Origin: a bacterium
GTDB lineage: Bacteria > Bacillota > Clostridia > TANB77 > UBA1234
Direction: 5' to 3'
NCBI GenBank assembly: GCA_963637565.1
Contig: CAVHNT010000044.1
Span: 519-64,518 of the forward strand
Length of the DNA stretch: 64,000 nt
This document shows, in pieces, positions 50,209 through 61,500 of this stretch. Numbering within the stretch: position 1 is the stretch's first letter; every line of letters begins with the position of its first letter. The notes beneath the pieces are model-generated. The model was given only the letters and a program-made list of their open reading frames with translations, had not been told where the DNA came from and did not search any database. The position numbers were made by a program, and so were the translations under genes.

Positions 50209-50272
50209 TACTGTCAACGAAATGTGTAACTATTGAGCATTCCTTTGCAATTAAAAAGGAGGAGAGCTTACC

Positions 50273-50761
50273 ATGAACGTAAAGAAAAAGATTGTTACTA
50301 TTGTTTCAAAAGATGCTTTTACTAAAAAAGATTTATTGGAAAGTATTAAAAATGGATTAATTCCGGATAATGCGATTTCATGGGCAGCAGAAAATGGACA
50401 CACAGAATTGGTGGAGCTACTTGTTTCTAAAGAAGCAGATATTATTGAAAATCGAAATTATCCATTAGAACTAGCATCAAGAAATGGTCATACCGATATT
50501 GTAAAGCTATTGATTGACAGTGGTGCAAGGACGTATGATAGTGAATTGGATGAAGGGTATTGTCTTAGATTGGCTGCAAATGAAGGACATGTGGAGATTA
50601 TAAAATTACTTCTTGATGCTGGTGCAAATCCAGTTGCAGACAATTATCATGCACTATATTTAGCTTTAACTAAACAAAATAATGAAATAGTTGAAATTTT
50701 GCTTGATGCGATATGTCAAAAAAGAACTAGTGTTGTACAAAAAGTTGAGAATAATGTCTAA
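50273..50761 (+). CDS. Ankyrin-repeat protein
   Basis: It has 3-4 ANK repeats (AAENGHTELVELLVSKEADI..., ASRNGHTDIVKLLIDSGA..., AANEGHVEIIKLLLDAGANP). Confidence 0.8.
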   Translation: MNVKKKIVTIVSKDAFTKKDLLESIKNGLIPDNAISWAAENGHTELVELLVSKEADIIENRNYPLELASRNGHTDIVKLLIDSGARTYDSELDEGYCLRLAANEGHVEIIKLLLDAGANPVADNYHALYLALTKQNNEIVEILLDAICQKRTSVVQKVENNV

Positions 50762-50765
50762 AAAA

Positions 50766-50800
50766 TAAAGATGGGCAGTAGATTTTAATTCTACTGCTTA
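50766..50800 (+). terminator. Intrinsic terminator after ankyrin gene
   Basis: The hairpin GCAGTAGA-TTTTAAT-TCTACTGC is followed by TTATTTTTAT. Confidence 0.55.
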
Positions 50801-50867
50801 TTTTTATGTAATAGGGAAGTAACAGAATTGCAACCTTTTATGTATTGATTTTTATCTTTCCTGTACA
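50791..50867 (+). repeat. Solo module-A copy of the intergenic palindromic repeat
   Basis: TTTTTATGTAATAGGGAAGTAACAGAATTGCAACCTTTTATGTATTGATTTTTATCTTTCCTGTACAATACAAA. The right arm is partly degenerate. Confidence 0.7.
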
Positions 50868-50945
50868 ATACAAATTAAGCAAAATAATTTCTATTATATT
50901 TTGTAACAAAGTGATAAAATAGAGAGAAGAAATGGGGGAAATTGT

Positions 50946-51989
50946 ATGAAGAAAACCATTATGTTGACAATTTTAGCAATTTATGTTATACTCATTTGCG
51001 TTGGTTGCAAGAGCGGAAGATTATTTATGGGTAGTGATAATCTTGAAGAAAATAGACAAACTATAAATAATGAAAAATATGATTTTGTACCATCAGGCGA
51101 ATATGAGGTTTCAAGTGGGGATGAGACTTCATCTGGTGAGGAAGAAATCGAAGATAATAATGAAATTACGGAAAACTTTGTGTACAATGAATCGGGAAAG
51201 ATAATAATAGCAATGTTTCACAGATTTGCGGATAAGGATCTTGATGAATGGACGCGTTCTTATGATAATTTTTATAATGATTTAAAGTATTTATACGAGC
51301 ATAACTATCGTACTATTTCTTTGAATGATTATATAAATAATGATATAAAGGTTCCTGTAGGATGTACGCCGATTGTTTTTACGTTTGATGATGGCTCAAA
51401 AGGTCAATTTAATTTGATAAAAGATGAGAATGGAGAATTGGTTGCAAATCCTAAATCTGCGGTTGGTATCATGGAAAGGTTTTATGAAGAACATCCTGAT
51501 TTTGGATTAAATGGTACGTTTTTTATTAACTCTAGTTCTTTTTTCACGGGTGAAGGAACTAACGAAGAAAAGCTTAAATATTTGATTGACAGAGGATTTG
51601 AAATAGGAAATCATACGAGCACTCATGTGAATTTTAGTAAAGCCACTCCAGAAACAATACAAAAAGAGGTTGGAACTGTTGCAAACTTAGTAAGAAAGTT
51701 GGCTGACGGTTATGAAATTTCTGCACTTGCGTTACCTTATGGAATTTCATCAAAAGAATATAAATCATATATAGCTAAAGGCGAATTTGATGGGCAAAAG
51801 TATGAAAATAAAGTTATTTTGCTTGTGGGGGCAAATCCTGCACTTCCATCAAATAACGAAAAGGTTAATTTGTTAGCACTTCCAAGGGTTCGTGCGACAG
51901 GTGGTGGAAAGAGTGTTGAATGTGATTTGTATTATTGGCTTGATGTAATGGATAAGAATCCAAAAATGAAATATGAAAGAATATCATAA
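50946..51989 (+). CDS. Polysaccharide deacetylase family lipoprotein (NodB domain)
   Basis: The lipobox is LICVGC. The NodB motifs are FTFDDGS and NHTSTH. An acidic S/E-rich linker is present. Confidence 0.75.
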   Translation: MKKTIMLTILAIYVILICVGCKSGRLFMGSDNLEENRQTINNEKYDFVPSGEYEVSSGDETSSGEEEIEDNNEITENFVYNESGKIIIAMFHRFADKDLDEWTRSYDNFYNDLKYLYEHNYRTISLNDYINNDIKVPVGCTPIVFTFDDGSKGQFNLIKDENGELVANPKSAVGIMERFYEEHPDFGLNGTFFINSSSFFTGEGTNEEKLKYLIDRGFEIGNHTSTHVNFSKATPETIQKEVGTVANLVRKLADGYEISALALPYGISSKEYKSYIAKGEFDGQKYENKVILLVGANPALPSNNEKVNLLALPRVRATGGGKSVECDLYYWLDVMDKNPKMKYERIS

Positions 51990-52015
51990 ATTAATATATG
52001 AAAGGAGAAATTTTT

Positions 52016-53962
52016 TTGACAGAAGAATTAAAAACAAATGAAAATGTGCCTAAGAAAAATAGACCATTTAGAAGAAATAACAACAAAAAGAAAATGTTAA
52101 GTAATTATTCAACGCAGCAAGTGGCACCTGCTTTTGAAGAGAATACTACGAATGAGGGAAAAGAAATAAAAGAAGCGAAAGAAGTAAAGAAAAGCTTTAG
52201 AAGGCCAAGAAAAAGTGCGAAAAAAGATGTCGATACTAAGGCAGAAGAAAAAGCTGTTAGTGTATCAGAGCTAAAAACTTCAAAAGGTATTAAGATAGCA
52301 CGCGACAGACTTAAAATTATTCCTTTAGGTGGTCTTGAAGAAGTAGGAAAGAATATGACAGTATTCGAGTATGGAAATGAAATGATTCTTGTTGACTGTG
52401 GTGTTGCCTTTCCAGAAGATGAGATGTTGGGCGTTGACTTAGTTATACCAGATTTTTCTTATTTAACTAAAAATAAAGAAAAACTAAAAGCAATGGTAAT
52501 AACACACGGACATGAAGACCATATCGGTTCGATTCCTTATGTATTAAAGGAAATAAATGTTCCAATATATGCAACCCGTTTGACTCTTGGATTAATAAAA
52601 AACAAACTAGAAGAGCACAAATTAGTAAGAAGTACGTCAATGAAATGTGTTAAAGCTGGTGATGTTATCACATTAGGAAATTTTAAAATAGAGTTTATAA
52701 GGGTAAATCACAGTATAGCTGATTCTGTTGCACTTGCAATCACAACTCCTGTAGGAACTGTTGTGCATACAGGTGACTTTAAGATTGACTATACTCCAAT
52801 AGATGGTAATTTGATTGATCTTGCTAGATTTGCAGAACTTGGTAAAAAAGGTGTTCTTGCATTGATGTCAGATAGTACAAACTCTGAAAGACCTGGTTAC
52901 ACAATGTCTGAAAGTAGTGTTGGAAAAGTGTTTGATGGAATATTTGCAGATTGTAAAAAAAGAATTATTGTAGCAACATTTGCTTCGAATATTCACAGAG
53001 TTCAACAAATTGTTAATTCGGCAATGAAAAATAATAGAAAAGTTGCAATATGTGGTAGAAGCATGGAAAATGTAATGAATGTTGCAATAGAGCTTGGCTA
53101 CTTAGATATACCAGAAGGTGTATTAATAGATATTGATGAAATCGACAATTATGCACCAGAACGTTTAACACTTATTACAACTGGTAGTCAAGGCGAAGAA
53201 ATGTCAGGACTTTCAAGAATGGCATCTGGTACACACAGAAAAGTTACTATAACAAATCAAGACTTGGTAATTATTTCTGCAACACCAATTCCAGGTAACG
53301 AAAAATTAGTTTCTAATGTAATTGACGATTTGTTTAAGATTGGTGCAGAAGTTATATATCATACTTTGAAAGATATCCATGTTTCAGGACATGCATGCCA
53401 AGAGGAACAAAAGCTAATACTTTCACTTGTTAAACCAAAATACTTTATACCTGTACACGGTGAGTTTAGACATTTGCAAGCTCATGGTGAAACTGCTATA
53501 AAAGTTGGTGTTGACCCTAATAATGTTATAATGCTTGCTAATGGTAAAGTTTTAGAGTTGGACAAGAATTTCTGTAAGGTAACAGGAACAGTTCCTGCAG
53601 GTCAAATATTAGTTGATGGACTAGGTGTTGGAGATGTTGGAAATATTGTATTAAGAGATAGACAACACTTATCACAAGATGGCTTGATAATTGTAGTTAT
53701 TGCAATGGACAATAAAACAGGAAAAGTAATGGCCGGACCAGATGTTATCTCAAGAGGATTTGTATATGTTAGAGAATCTGAAGATTTAATGGTAGGAATG
53801 CGTAAAGAAATCTTAAAAGATATTGAAAAAATACAAGATAGTGGAATTAAAGATTGGAGTACAATAAAGAATACTATAAGAGATACAGTACATGATTTTG
53901 TATTTTCGAAGACTAGAAGAAATCCAATGATTATTCCAATCATATCTGAGATAAATGAATAA
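52016..53962 (+). CDS. rnj: Ribonuclease J
   Basis: A TTG start sits behind AAAGGAG (alternatively the ATG at 51998). It has a basic N-terminal extension, then LKIIPLGGLEEVGKNMTVFEYGNEMILVDCG ... ITHGHEDHIG, which is the metallo-beta-lactamase/beta-CASP fold. Confidence 0.85.
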   Translation: MTEELKTNENVPKKNRPFRRNNNKKKMLSNYSTQQVAPAFEENTTNEGKEIKEAKEVKKSFRRPRKSAKKDVDTKAEEKAVSVSELKTSKGIKIARDRLKIIPLGGLEEVGKNMTVFEYGNEMILVDCGVAFPEDEMLGVDLVIPDFSYLTKNKEKLKAMVITHGHEDHIGSIPYVLKEINVPIYATRLTLGLIKNKLEEHKLVRSTSMKCVKAGDVITLGNFKIEFIRVNHSIADSVALAITTPVGTVVHTGDFKIDYTPIDGNLIDLARFAELGKKGVLALMSDSTNSERPGYTMSESSVGKVFDGIFADCKKRIIVATFASNIHRVQQIVNSAMKNNRKVAICGRSMENVMNVAIELGYLDIPEGVLIDIDEIDNYAPERLTLITTGSQGEEMSGLSRMASGTHRKVTITNQDLVIISATPIPGNEKLVSNVIDDLFKIGAEVIYHTLKDIHVSGHACQEEQKLILSLVKPKYFIPVHGEFRHLQAHGETAIKVGVDPNNVIMLANGKVLELDKNFCKVTGTVPAGQILVDGLGVGDVGNIVLRDRQHLSQDGLIIVVIAMDNKTGKVMAGPDVISRGFVYVRESEDLMVGMRKEILKDIEKIQDSGIKDWSTIKNTIRDTVHDFVFSKTRRNPMIIPIISEINE

Positions 53963-54004
53963 TAAATTTAATATGAAATAGAATTCTAAAATTAGGAGGA
54001 AAGC

Positions 54005-54862
54005 ATGAATTACTTAAAAGACATTTTAAGAGGAATACTAATAGGTGTAGCTAATGTTATACCGGGAGTTAGTGGAGGAACAATAGCACTTTCACTTGGA
54101 GTGTACGAAAAGATTTTGTCAGCAATAAACAATTTTAGAAAAGATTTAAAGGGAAGTATAAAAACACTATTCCCTTACGCAATAGGTGTGGTTATTGGAA
54201 TAATCTGTTTGGCATTTGGAATTGAATGGCTTCTTAGCAAATATCCAATTCCCACAATAACAGCATTTATAGGTTTGGTACTAGGCGGATTGCCTTCAAT
54301 TTATGTAAGAGTAAAAAATGAAAAAATTAAGTGGACACATATTGTTTCATTCATACTTTTTGCATTAGTTATAATAGTGCCAACAATAATTAGTGCACAA
54401 ATTGTTGGTGTTGGGCATTTTGTTGAATTTAGCTTTATTTCAGTTTTATTGATGTTTGCTTTAGGACTTATTTCGGCAATTAGTATGGTAGTTCCAGGGG
54501 TCAGTGGCTCTATGGTACTTATGATGCTAGGATATTACGAAACAATTTTGCATACTATCAACGTATGTGTTAAGTCATTGGCTAAATTTGATTTTGGTGC
54601 AATGTTTCAAACATTTGGTATATTAGTTCCATTTGGAATAGGCGTGTTATTAGGAATACTTATAGCTTCGAGAGTGATAGAAAAATTGTTGCAAAAATAT
54701 CCAAACACTACAATTTGGGGTATAATTGCATTAGTTGCCACTTCACCTTTTGCTATGTTATATGGACGTGACTATGGTGACACTACATTAATTTTAGTAT
54801 TAGTGTCAATTATCACATTTGTTGCAGGCTTTTATACAGCATATAAATTATCAAAAAAATAA
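54005..54862 (+). CDS. DUF368 family membrane protein (putative undecaprenyl-phosphate translocase, PopT-like)
   Basis: The motifs PGVSGGTIALSLGVYE and PGVSGSMVLMMLGYYE form the DUF368 internal duplication. Confidence 0.7.
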   Translation: MNYLKDILRGILIGVANVIPGVSGGTIALSLGVYEKILSAINNFRKDLKGSIKTLFPYAIGVVIGIICLAFGIEWLLSKYPIPTITAFIGLVLGGLPSIYVRVKNEKIKWTHIVSFILFALVIIVPTIISAQIVGVGHFVEFSFISVLLMFALGLISAISMVVPGVSGSMVLMMLGYYETILHTINVCVKSLAKFDFGAMFQTFGILVPFGIGVLLGILIASRVIEKLLQKYPNTTIWGIIALVATSPFAMLYGRDYGDTTLILVLVSIITFVAGFYTAYKLSKK

Positions 54863-54927
54863 ATGCGAAATTAAGAATGAAAACTATATTTTCAATTTCA
54901 TGAAATTTAGAAGGAGGAATATATAAA

Positions 54928-56571
54928 ATGAGTAAGGAATTAGCAGATTTGGTGTTTCCGAATATAGACAAAACACCAGAATATTACGAAGAATTATATC
55001 CAAAAAGAAATTTAAAAGAAGGAGCTGTTGTAACTAGATTTGCACCAAGCCCTACGGGATTTATACATATTGGTTCTTTATTTACAGCAAATTTTGCAAG
55101 TCGTTTTGCAAGACAAACAGGTGGTGTATACTATCTAAGAATAGAAGATACAGATGGAAAAAGAGAAGTTGAAAATGGTATACCACTTATAATAAATGGT
55201 TTAAAGGTATTTGATGTAAAATTTGATGAAGGTCCAACAGATGAAAATCATGAAAGTGGAAATTATGGTCCATACATACAAAGTAAAAGAAAAGAAATAT
55301 ATCAAGCATATGCAAAATCTTTGGTTGAAAAAGGTTTAGCATATCCTTGTTTTTGCAGTGAAGATGAACTAAATGAAATAAGAGAAAAACAAGAAAAACT
55401 AAAAATTAGACCTGGATATTATGGACAATTTGCAAGATGCAGAACAATGAGTGAAGCTCAAATGATTGAAAGAATAAAGAATGGTGAAAAGTTCATAATA
55501 AGATTAAAATCACCAGGAAATCCTAACAAAAAAGTAAGGTATACAGATCTTATAAGAGGAACAATAGAATTCCCTGAAAATGATCAAGATATAGTTATTA
55601 TAAAATCTGATGGATTACCAACTTATCATTTTGCACATGCAATAGATGATCATCTAATGAGAACAACACATGTAATAAGAGGCGAAGAATGGTTATCTTC
55701 AGTTCCATTACATTTGCAATTGTTTGAAATGTTAGGATTTGAGATTCCTACTTATGTTCATATGCCAACAATAATGAAAGATGATAATGGAAGTAAGAGA
55801 AAGATTAGTAAGAGAAAAGATCCAGAAGCTGCAGCAAGCTATTATAAAGAAAATGGAATACCAAAAGAGGCAGTATTAGATTACCTATTAAATATATTAA
55901 ACTCAAATTATGAAAGTTGGAGAAAAGAAAATCCAAAAGCTTCAAGTTATGATTTTGTTATATCTCCAGAAAAAATAAGCGTAAGTGGTGCAATGTTTGA
56001 TTTAGTAAAACTTGCAGATGTTTCAAAGAATACAATTGCCAACTTTACTGCTGAAGAAGTATATAATCAAGGCTCAGAATGGGCTGAAGAGTTCGATAAA
56101 GAATTGGCAGAATTAATGAAAGCTCATAAAGATTTTACTATAGGTATATTGAATATCGAAAGAACTGGAACAAAAATAAGAAAAGATATTTCAAAATGGT
56201 CAGACTTAAGAGAAAATTTAGAGTATTTATATGATGAAGTTTTCTTTGAAAAACATCATGATGATGAGTGGCAAAACATAACTGACAAAGAAGCAATAAA
56301 AGCAATACTTGCAGAATATTTAAACATGTATGATGAGAATGATGATAAAGACACATGGTTTAATAAAATAAAAGACTTATCAGAAAAACATGGATATGCA
56401 AGAGAAGTAAAGGAATATAAAAAGAATCCTGAAAACTTCAAAGGTCATGTTGGTGATGTGAGTACAGTAATAAGGGTTGCTTTAACAGGCAGAAAAAACA
56501 CACCAGATTTATATGAGATATTGAAGCTTATGGGTAAAGAAAGAATAGCAAAGAGGTTTGCAAGAATATAG
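54928..56571 (+). CDS. gltX: Glutamate--tRNA ligase (class I aaRS; long-form GluRS)
   Basis: TRFAPSPTGFIHIGS is the HIGH motif, and KISKRK the KMSKS motif. The 547-aa protein has an extended C-terminal domain. GlnRS cannot be fully excluded. Confidence 0.7.
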   Translation: MSKELADLVFPNIDKTPEYYEELYPKRNLKEGAVVTRFAPSPTGFIHIGSLFTANFASRFARQTGGVYYLRIEDTDGKREVENGIPLIINGLKVFDVKFDEGPTDENHESGNYGPYIQSKRKEIYQAYAKSLVEKGLAYPCFCSEDELNEIREKQEKLKIRPGYYGQFARCRTMSEAQMIERIKNGEKFIIRLKSPGNPNKKVRYTDLIRGTIEFPENDQDIVIIKSDGLPTYHFAHAIDDHLMRTTHVIRGEEWLSSVPLHLQLFEMLGFEIPTYVHMPTIMKDDNGSKRKISKRKDPEAAASYYKENGIPKEAVLDYLLNILNSNYESWRKENPKASSYDFVISPEKISVSGAMFDLVKLADVSKNTIANFTAEEVYNQGSEWAEEFDKELAELMKAHKDFTIGILNIERTGTKIRKDISKWSDLRENLEYLYDEVFFEKHHDDEWQNITDKEAIKAILAEYLNMYDENDDKDTWFNKIKDLSEKHGYAREVKEYKKNPENFKGHVGDVSTVIRVALTGRKNTPDLYEILKLMGKERIAKRFARI

Positions 56572-56706
56572 TTTTGTAATATTGAGAAAAGAACAGTTAT
56601 ATGTTTAATTAATTTTAAATATATCCTGTTCTTTTTATTGTATATAACTTATTATAATTGGAAAAAATTATCATATAAAATAGCTTGTGAAAGGAGCAAA
56701 TTTGGT

Positions 56707-57009
56707 ATGATAACAAACATTAATAAAAAGGTAATATGTGTTAAAGATATTCCATCAAATATAATTGAGGAAGCAATATTTATTTTAAAAACAGATGTTA
56801 CTTCTTCTAATGAAAAAGTTGAAAAGAAGAGAAAAGAAATAATAGAAGGTGAAGCACAAAATTTTTTAAAAGATTATATGGATGATATTCCAGAATATGA
56901 GATTGATGAAGAGAAGAAGGACTTTAAAAGTGTCAAGATTAAGTCAATTCTTATCACTATTGGTGCAGTAGTTTTGTGTTATTTGGTTTCTTTGCTATTC
57001 AAACTATAA
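56707..57009 (+). CDS. Hypothetical small protein with C-terminal TM anchor
   Basis: The ATG sits behind GAAAGGAG. The C-terminal motif is ILITIGAVVLCYLVSLLF. Confidence 0.4.
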   Translation: MITNINKKVICVKDIPSNIIEEAIFILKTDVTSSNEKVEKKRKEIIEGEAQNFLKDYMDDIPEYEIDEEKKDFKSVKIKSILITIGAVVLCYLVSLLFKL

Positions 57010-57087
57010 TAAAATTCAATCGATGATATTTTTCTGTTGAATAAAAATAAAGGTCAAGCATATATTTGTAACTAGGAGGCGATAAAT

Positions 57088-57918
57088 ATGGAAACAACAA
57101 TAGACAGAACTAGTTATAGACGAAGTAATATTAAGTGCGAAGTTAAGGAAAGAAAAAAGACTAAATTAGTGAAGATATTTTACAATGAAATAATTGCAGC
57201 AATGTCAATATTAGTTGCAGTACTTATTATAAAACTTTTTGATTTAAAAACAGCGTCTGATTGGATTAAGCAGAACATTGAAAATGGTATATCATACGAA
57301 ACTTTAGCTTTAAATGTAAAGGAAAGAGCAACAAAAATAGTGAATAATTTTTTAAAAGTATATGAATCAGGAGATGTTTCTAAAAACAAATTTGATGAAT
57401 CGAATTTGGAAGTGAAAGTAAATGAAAGCAATTTAATAAATTTGAGTGGCGAAAGTACTGTGTTTGAATATGAAAGTGCAGTTGAGGGAATTAATCAACT
57501 CTCAGAAGATGCAAAGTATATAAAAGAAAATTATAAATTGTTAATGCCTTTGAAAGGTACAGTTACTTCGAAGTTTGGTTGTAGAGTTGATAATAATCCA
57601 ATAGTAAGCAATTATCATACAGGTCTGGACATTGCTGCTAATATCGGAACAACTATAAGTTCTGTTCTAGATGGAACAGTGACTGAAGCTGGAAATATAA
57701 GTGGATATGGAAAGTGTGTGATGATAAAGAAGGATGAAATATTAGTTGTATATGCTCATTGCTCAAAGATTAATGTAAAAAAAGGTCAGAAAATCGTGCA
57801 AGGGGATAAAATAGGAGAAGTAGGGATGACCGGAAATGCTACTGGTCCACACCTTCATTTGGAAATCAGATATGAGGGTAGGTATGTGAATCCCGAAGAT
57901 ATTTTTGAATGTCAATAA
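57088..57918 (+). CDS. M23 family metallopeptidase, SpoIVFA-position membrane protein
   Basis: An N-terminal TM segment is followed by the M23 motifs HTGLDIAA and GPHLHLEI. It is translationally coupled to the downstream S2P gene, as in spoIVFA-spoIVFB. Confidence 0.65.
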   Translation: METTIDRTSYRRSNIKCEVKERKKTKLVKIFYNEIIAAMSILVAVLIIKLFDLKTASDWIKQNIENGISYETLALNVKERATKIVNNFLKVYESGDVSKNKFDESNLEVKVNESNLINLSGESTVFEYESAVEGINQLSEDAKYIKENYKLLMPLKGTVTSKFGCRVDNNPIVSNYHTGLDIAANIGTTISSVLDGTVTEAGNISGYGKCVMIKKDEILVVYAHCSKINVKKGQKIVQGDKIGEVGMTGNATGPHLHLEIRYEGRYVNPEDIFECQ

Positions 57919-58496
57919 AAATTCATATATATTTAATATTGATGGCTGCGTATATGTTTGCTATTGGTAAGATAGAAATGTTTGCATATTATTATTTATT
58001 TGTGTTAATGCACGAACTATCGCATATATTAGTGGCTTTAATTTTAGTGGTTGATGTAAAAGAGATAGAATTATTACCAATAGGAATCAATGCAAAATAT
58101 GAAAATAAAATTTCGTTAATTAGGGAACTAATTATAAGTCTTGCTGGACCAATTGCAAGTATTCTTTTTGCAATCGCTTTTGAAAATAAAGTATTTGTTT
58201 TTATGAATATATGTATTGCAGTGTTTAATTTAATTCCAATATATCCTTTAGATGGAGGAAGAATACTACAAAGTACTTTAAAGATAATATTTGGAGAATA
58301 CACTGGAAAAAAACTAAGTTATACAATAACAAAATTTTTCTTGATAATTTTGTCATTAGTTTCATTATTTTTGGCGGCCTATGCTCAAAATTACTATTTT
58401 ATAATACTAACAATATATGTGCTTTATATAGCAAAAGAAGAGGTGAAAAAAGAGCACTTTTATGGAATAATTAACTATTTACAAATTGACGAATAA
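57909..58496 (+). CDS. spoIVFB: Site-2 protease (M50B), pro-sigma-K processing enzyme SpoIVFB-like
   Basis: The HExxH motif is HELSHILVA. NLIPIYPLDGGRIL is the LDG motif. It is a short-form S2P (195 aa) that overlaps the upstream gene. Confidence 0.7.
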   Translation: MSIKIHIYLILMAAYMFAIGKIEMFAYYYLFVLMHELSHILVALILVVDVKEIELLPIGINAKYENKISLIRELIISLAGPIASILFAIAFENKVFVFMNICIAVFNLIPIYPLDGGRILQSTLKIIFGEYTGKKLSYTITKFFLIILSLVSLFLAAYAQNYYFIILTIYVLYIAKEEVKKEHFYGIINYLQIDE

Positions 58497-58524
58497 AGAT
58501 TAAACTAAATATGAGGTGGAATGG

Positions 58525-61500
58525 ATGAAAACTAATGAAAAAGGATATTCGCTAAATGTTTTAGTTATAACAATAGCTGTTATGCTTATTCTTACGACTA
58601 CAGCTATATTAACGGTTAAGAATTTGACTGGAGATAGAGAGATAGCAAACTTCATGAATGATATACAAGAAGTTGAAATATATGCAAAAGACTATTATTC
58701 TAGGAAAAAAGTTTTGCCAATTAGATATGATGAAAATAATCCAATGGTATTTAATATGAATGATGCCATGCAACTTCAAGTTGATGAGGGAGACGAAGGC
58801 GATTATTACGAAATTGATTTGGATAAATTGGGAAAGATAAAGCTTTCAGATAATGAGCGTGGATACATACTAAACGAAAATTCTCTAAAAGTTTATGTTA
58901 AAGAACCAATAAAATATAACGGAGTAGAGTATTATACTTTGACAAAAGAATTGCTTGGAATAGATAAGGTGTATGGAAAAAGCGATTCATTTGAAATTCG
59001 CGTAACAGGAAATTCAATAATGTGGACTTCTTCGTGCCAATTGATGGTGTCAATACCTGATCGTGAAGATATAGATGGAAAATGGATATTTAAATACTAT
59101 GATAAAGGTCCTATTACGGCTAAAGAATTTAAAAATTTTGGAACATTCTTTGAGTATGGTAAACCCATCGAAGTAGATAAAAATGGTATTTATAGCATTT
59201 ATGTACAAAATGATGAAGGCTTTGCAAAGGTTGTAAACATTGTTGTTACTAAGATTGATGATGTTTCGCCATACATATATTTAGATGGAAACAAGATTGT
59301 TGCAATGGATGAAGAAACAGGAATAAAAGAAATTAGATACAAGATTTTAGATTATACTATTCCTGAAAATGAACGTTTAAAAAAAATTGAAACATATGTA
59401 CAAGGCGTAGCTGAAAATCTTCCAAGTTCAGCAAACGGTGACTGGACATACCTAGAAGCTTATACTGGTGTGAAAGTCGGAAATCCTAACATGGGAAAAA
59501 TGATTACAACATATAAATCAGAGTATGAAGAATATTTAGAAAAATATTCACAAATAGATGCTGATCCTTCTGGAGACTTAACAGAGTTAGATGATGAATA
59601 TCCACAATTTCAACATAACGGAATTATGTATGGTGATAATGAAAAAAACATAGCCTTATATGTTGGAGACGACGCCGAAAACGGTAGTGTAACTAGCAAA
59701 GATGGATTAACTATGATGATTGTGTCGAGAAAAATGTTACTAGAGAATAATCTTGTGGATACTATAATAAAACCACTCAATAGTGCAAGAGTGGTAATAA
59801 ATGATGGAGAAAAATATACAGGGGAAAAAGAGGTAAATTTAGTAATAAAAGCACAAGGCGCAGAGTCAATGTTTATTACAACAGATTCAACAGTTACTCC
59901 TGAGGCAAATGATTGGGTAGAATTTAAAACTATAGTAAATAACTATAATCTTGGAGTTGAAAATGGAAAAGCAACTGTGTATGTTTTTGTGACAGCAAAT
60001 CAAATAGAAGATGGAACATTAAAATATATTATGGTTTCAGATGACATATATGTAGATACCACTAAACCAACTAAAGAAGCACCAACAGTAAAAATGTTAG
60101 ATAACAACAGAATTAAGGTTACAAGTAATCAAAAAGATGATGGTAGTGGAATTGCTAAAATTGAGTTTGGATATAAAAAAGAAGTAGATAAAGCATACAC
60201 TTGGAAAAATAGTTTGGACAATATAGTTTTGGAATCTGGAGTAAAATACACGATAAAAACTAGAGCAACTGACCATGTTGGAAATATTCAAGAATCTGAT
60301 GAGGCCGAAATTGAAGCAGATATTCAAATAACAAGAATAGTTCCTAATGAACCTGCTATGGCTACAGGAATGAAGGCAATAGCTTGGGATTCTGATATGA
60401 AGGAGTTTGAAATAGATTCAAGCACTTGGAAAACGAATACAGGAACAAAACTTACATGGTATGAGTATTTAGAAGATGAGAATAATACAGATTCCAGAAA
60501 AAACATATGGGCAAATGCAAAAACATCTGATGGAAGTTATTGGGTATGGATACCAAGATTTGCATATAAAATAACTTATTATACAGATTCAGCAAAAACT
60601 AAAGTAAAAGGTTATTATCAAAACTCTGCTTCTGATGGTATACATTATTACAACAGTGATGGGACAACCATTGCAACAGATCCAGAAAATGTAAAATCAC
60701 AATATGTGAATATTGATGTTATTTTCTTATCTGGTACATCTAATTCACAATATAGAGAACAAAATGAAACTACAAAATTGTCAGTTATAAAAGAATTGCC
60801 AGCTAATTACATAGTTCATCCAGCTTTTCAAAGAGCTTCTTCAAATGCAACAAATAATCTTTTAGGAAAATGGAGTAGTGAATTAACAGGAATATGGGTA
60901 GCAAAGTTTGAAGCAAGTAGAAGTGATGCAACTTTTACAAGTATAGGAAGTACAGAAAAAATAAAGTCTGTACCAAGTGTTAAGAGTGTTACAGGAATAT
61001 CAATAAATGATGCTTATAAATATTCATTAGAAATGCTACCAACAATGTATTCACATCTAATGAAAAATAGTGAGTGGGGAGCAGTTTCATATCTAGCACA
61101 TAGTGCATATGGAAGAAATGGAAATGAAGTATTAAGTAATAGAATTTCAGATATAATTACTGGTGCAGGTGGCTCAACAAGTGATAGTACATATACATGT
61201 ACTGAAGATAAATTCAAAAGTACATATGCATACAACGCACAAGATAACGGAGACAAAAAGAGTGGAATATACGCAAGCACCACAGGAAATGTATCTGGAA
61301 TATATGATATGGCTGGTGGAGCAAATGAATTTGTTGCCACATATTTGAATAATGGTAATGATGTATTAGCAACAAACGGAAAAGCATTAGTTAATGAAGA
61401 AACTATTGCAAACAGAGAGATATATAGCCCAGCATCAACAGATCAACCAGTAAATAATTACAGGCGAAACGGAATAAATGATGGAGTGTATGGAACAGCT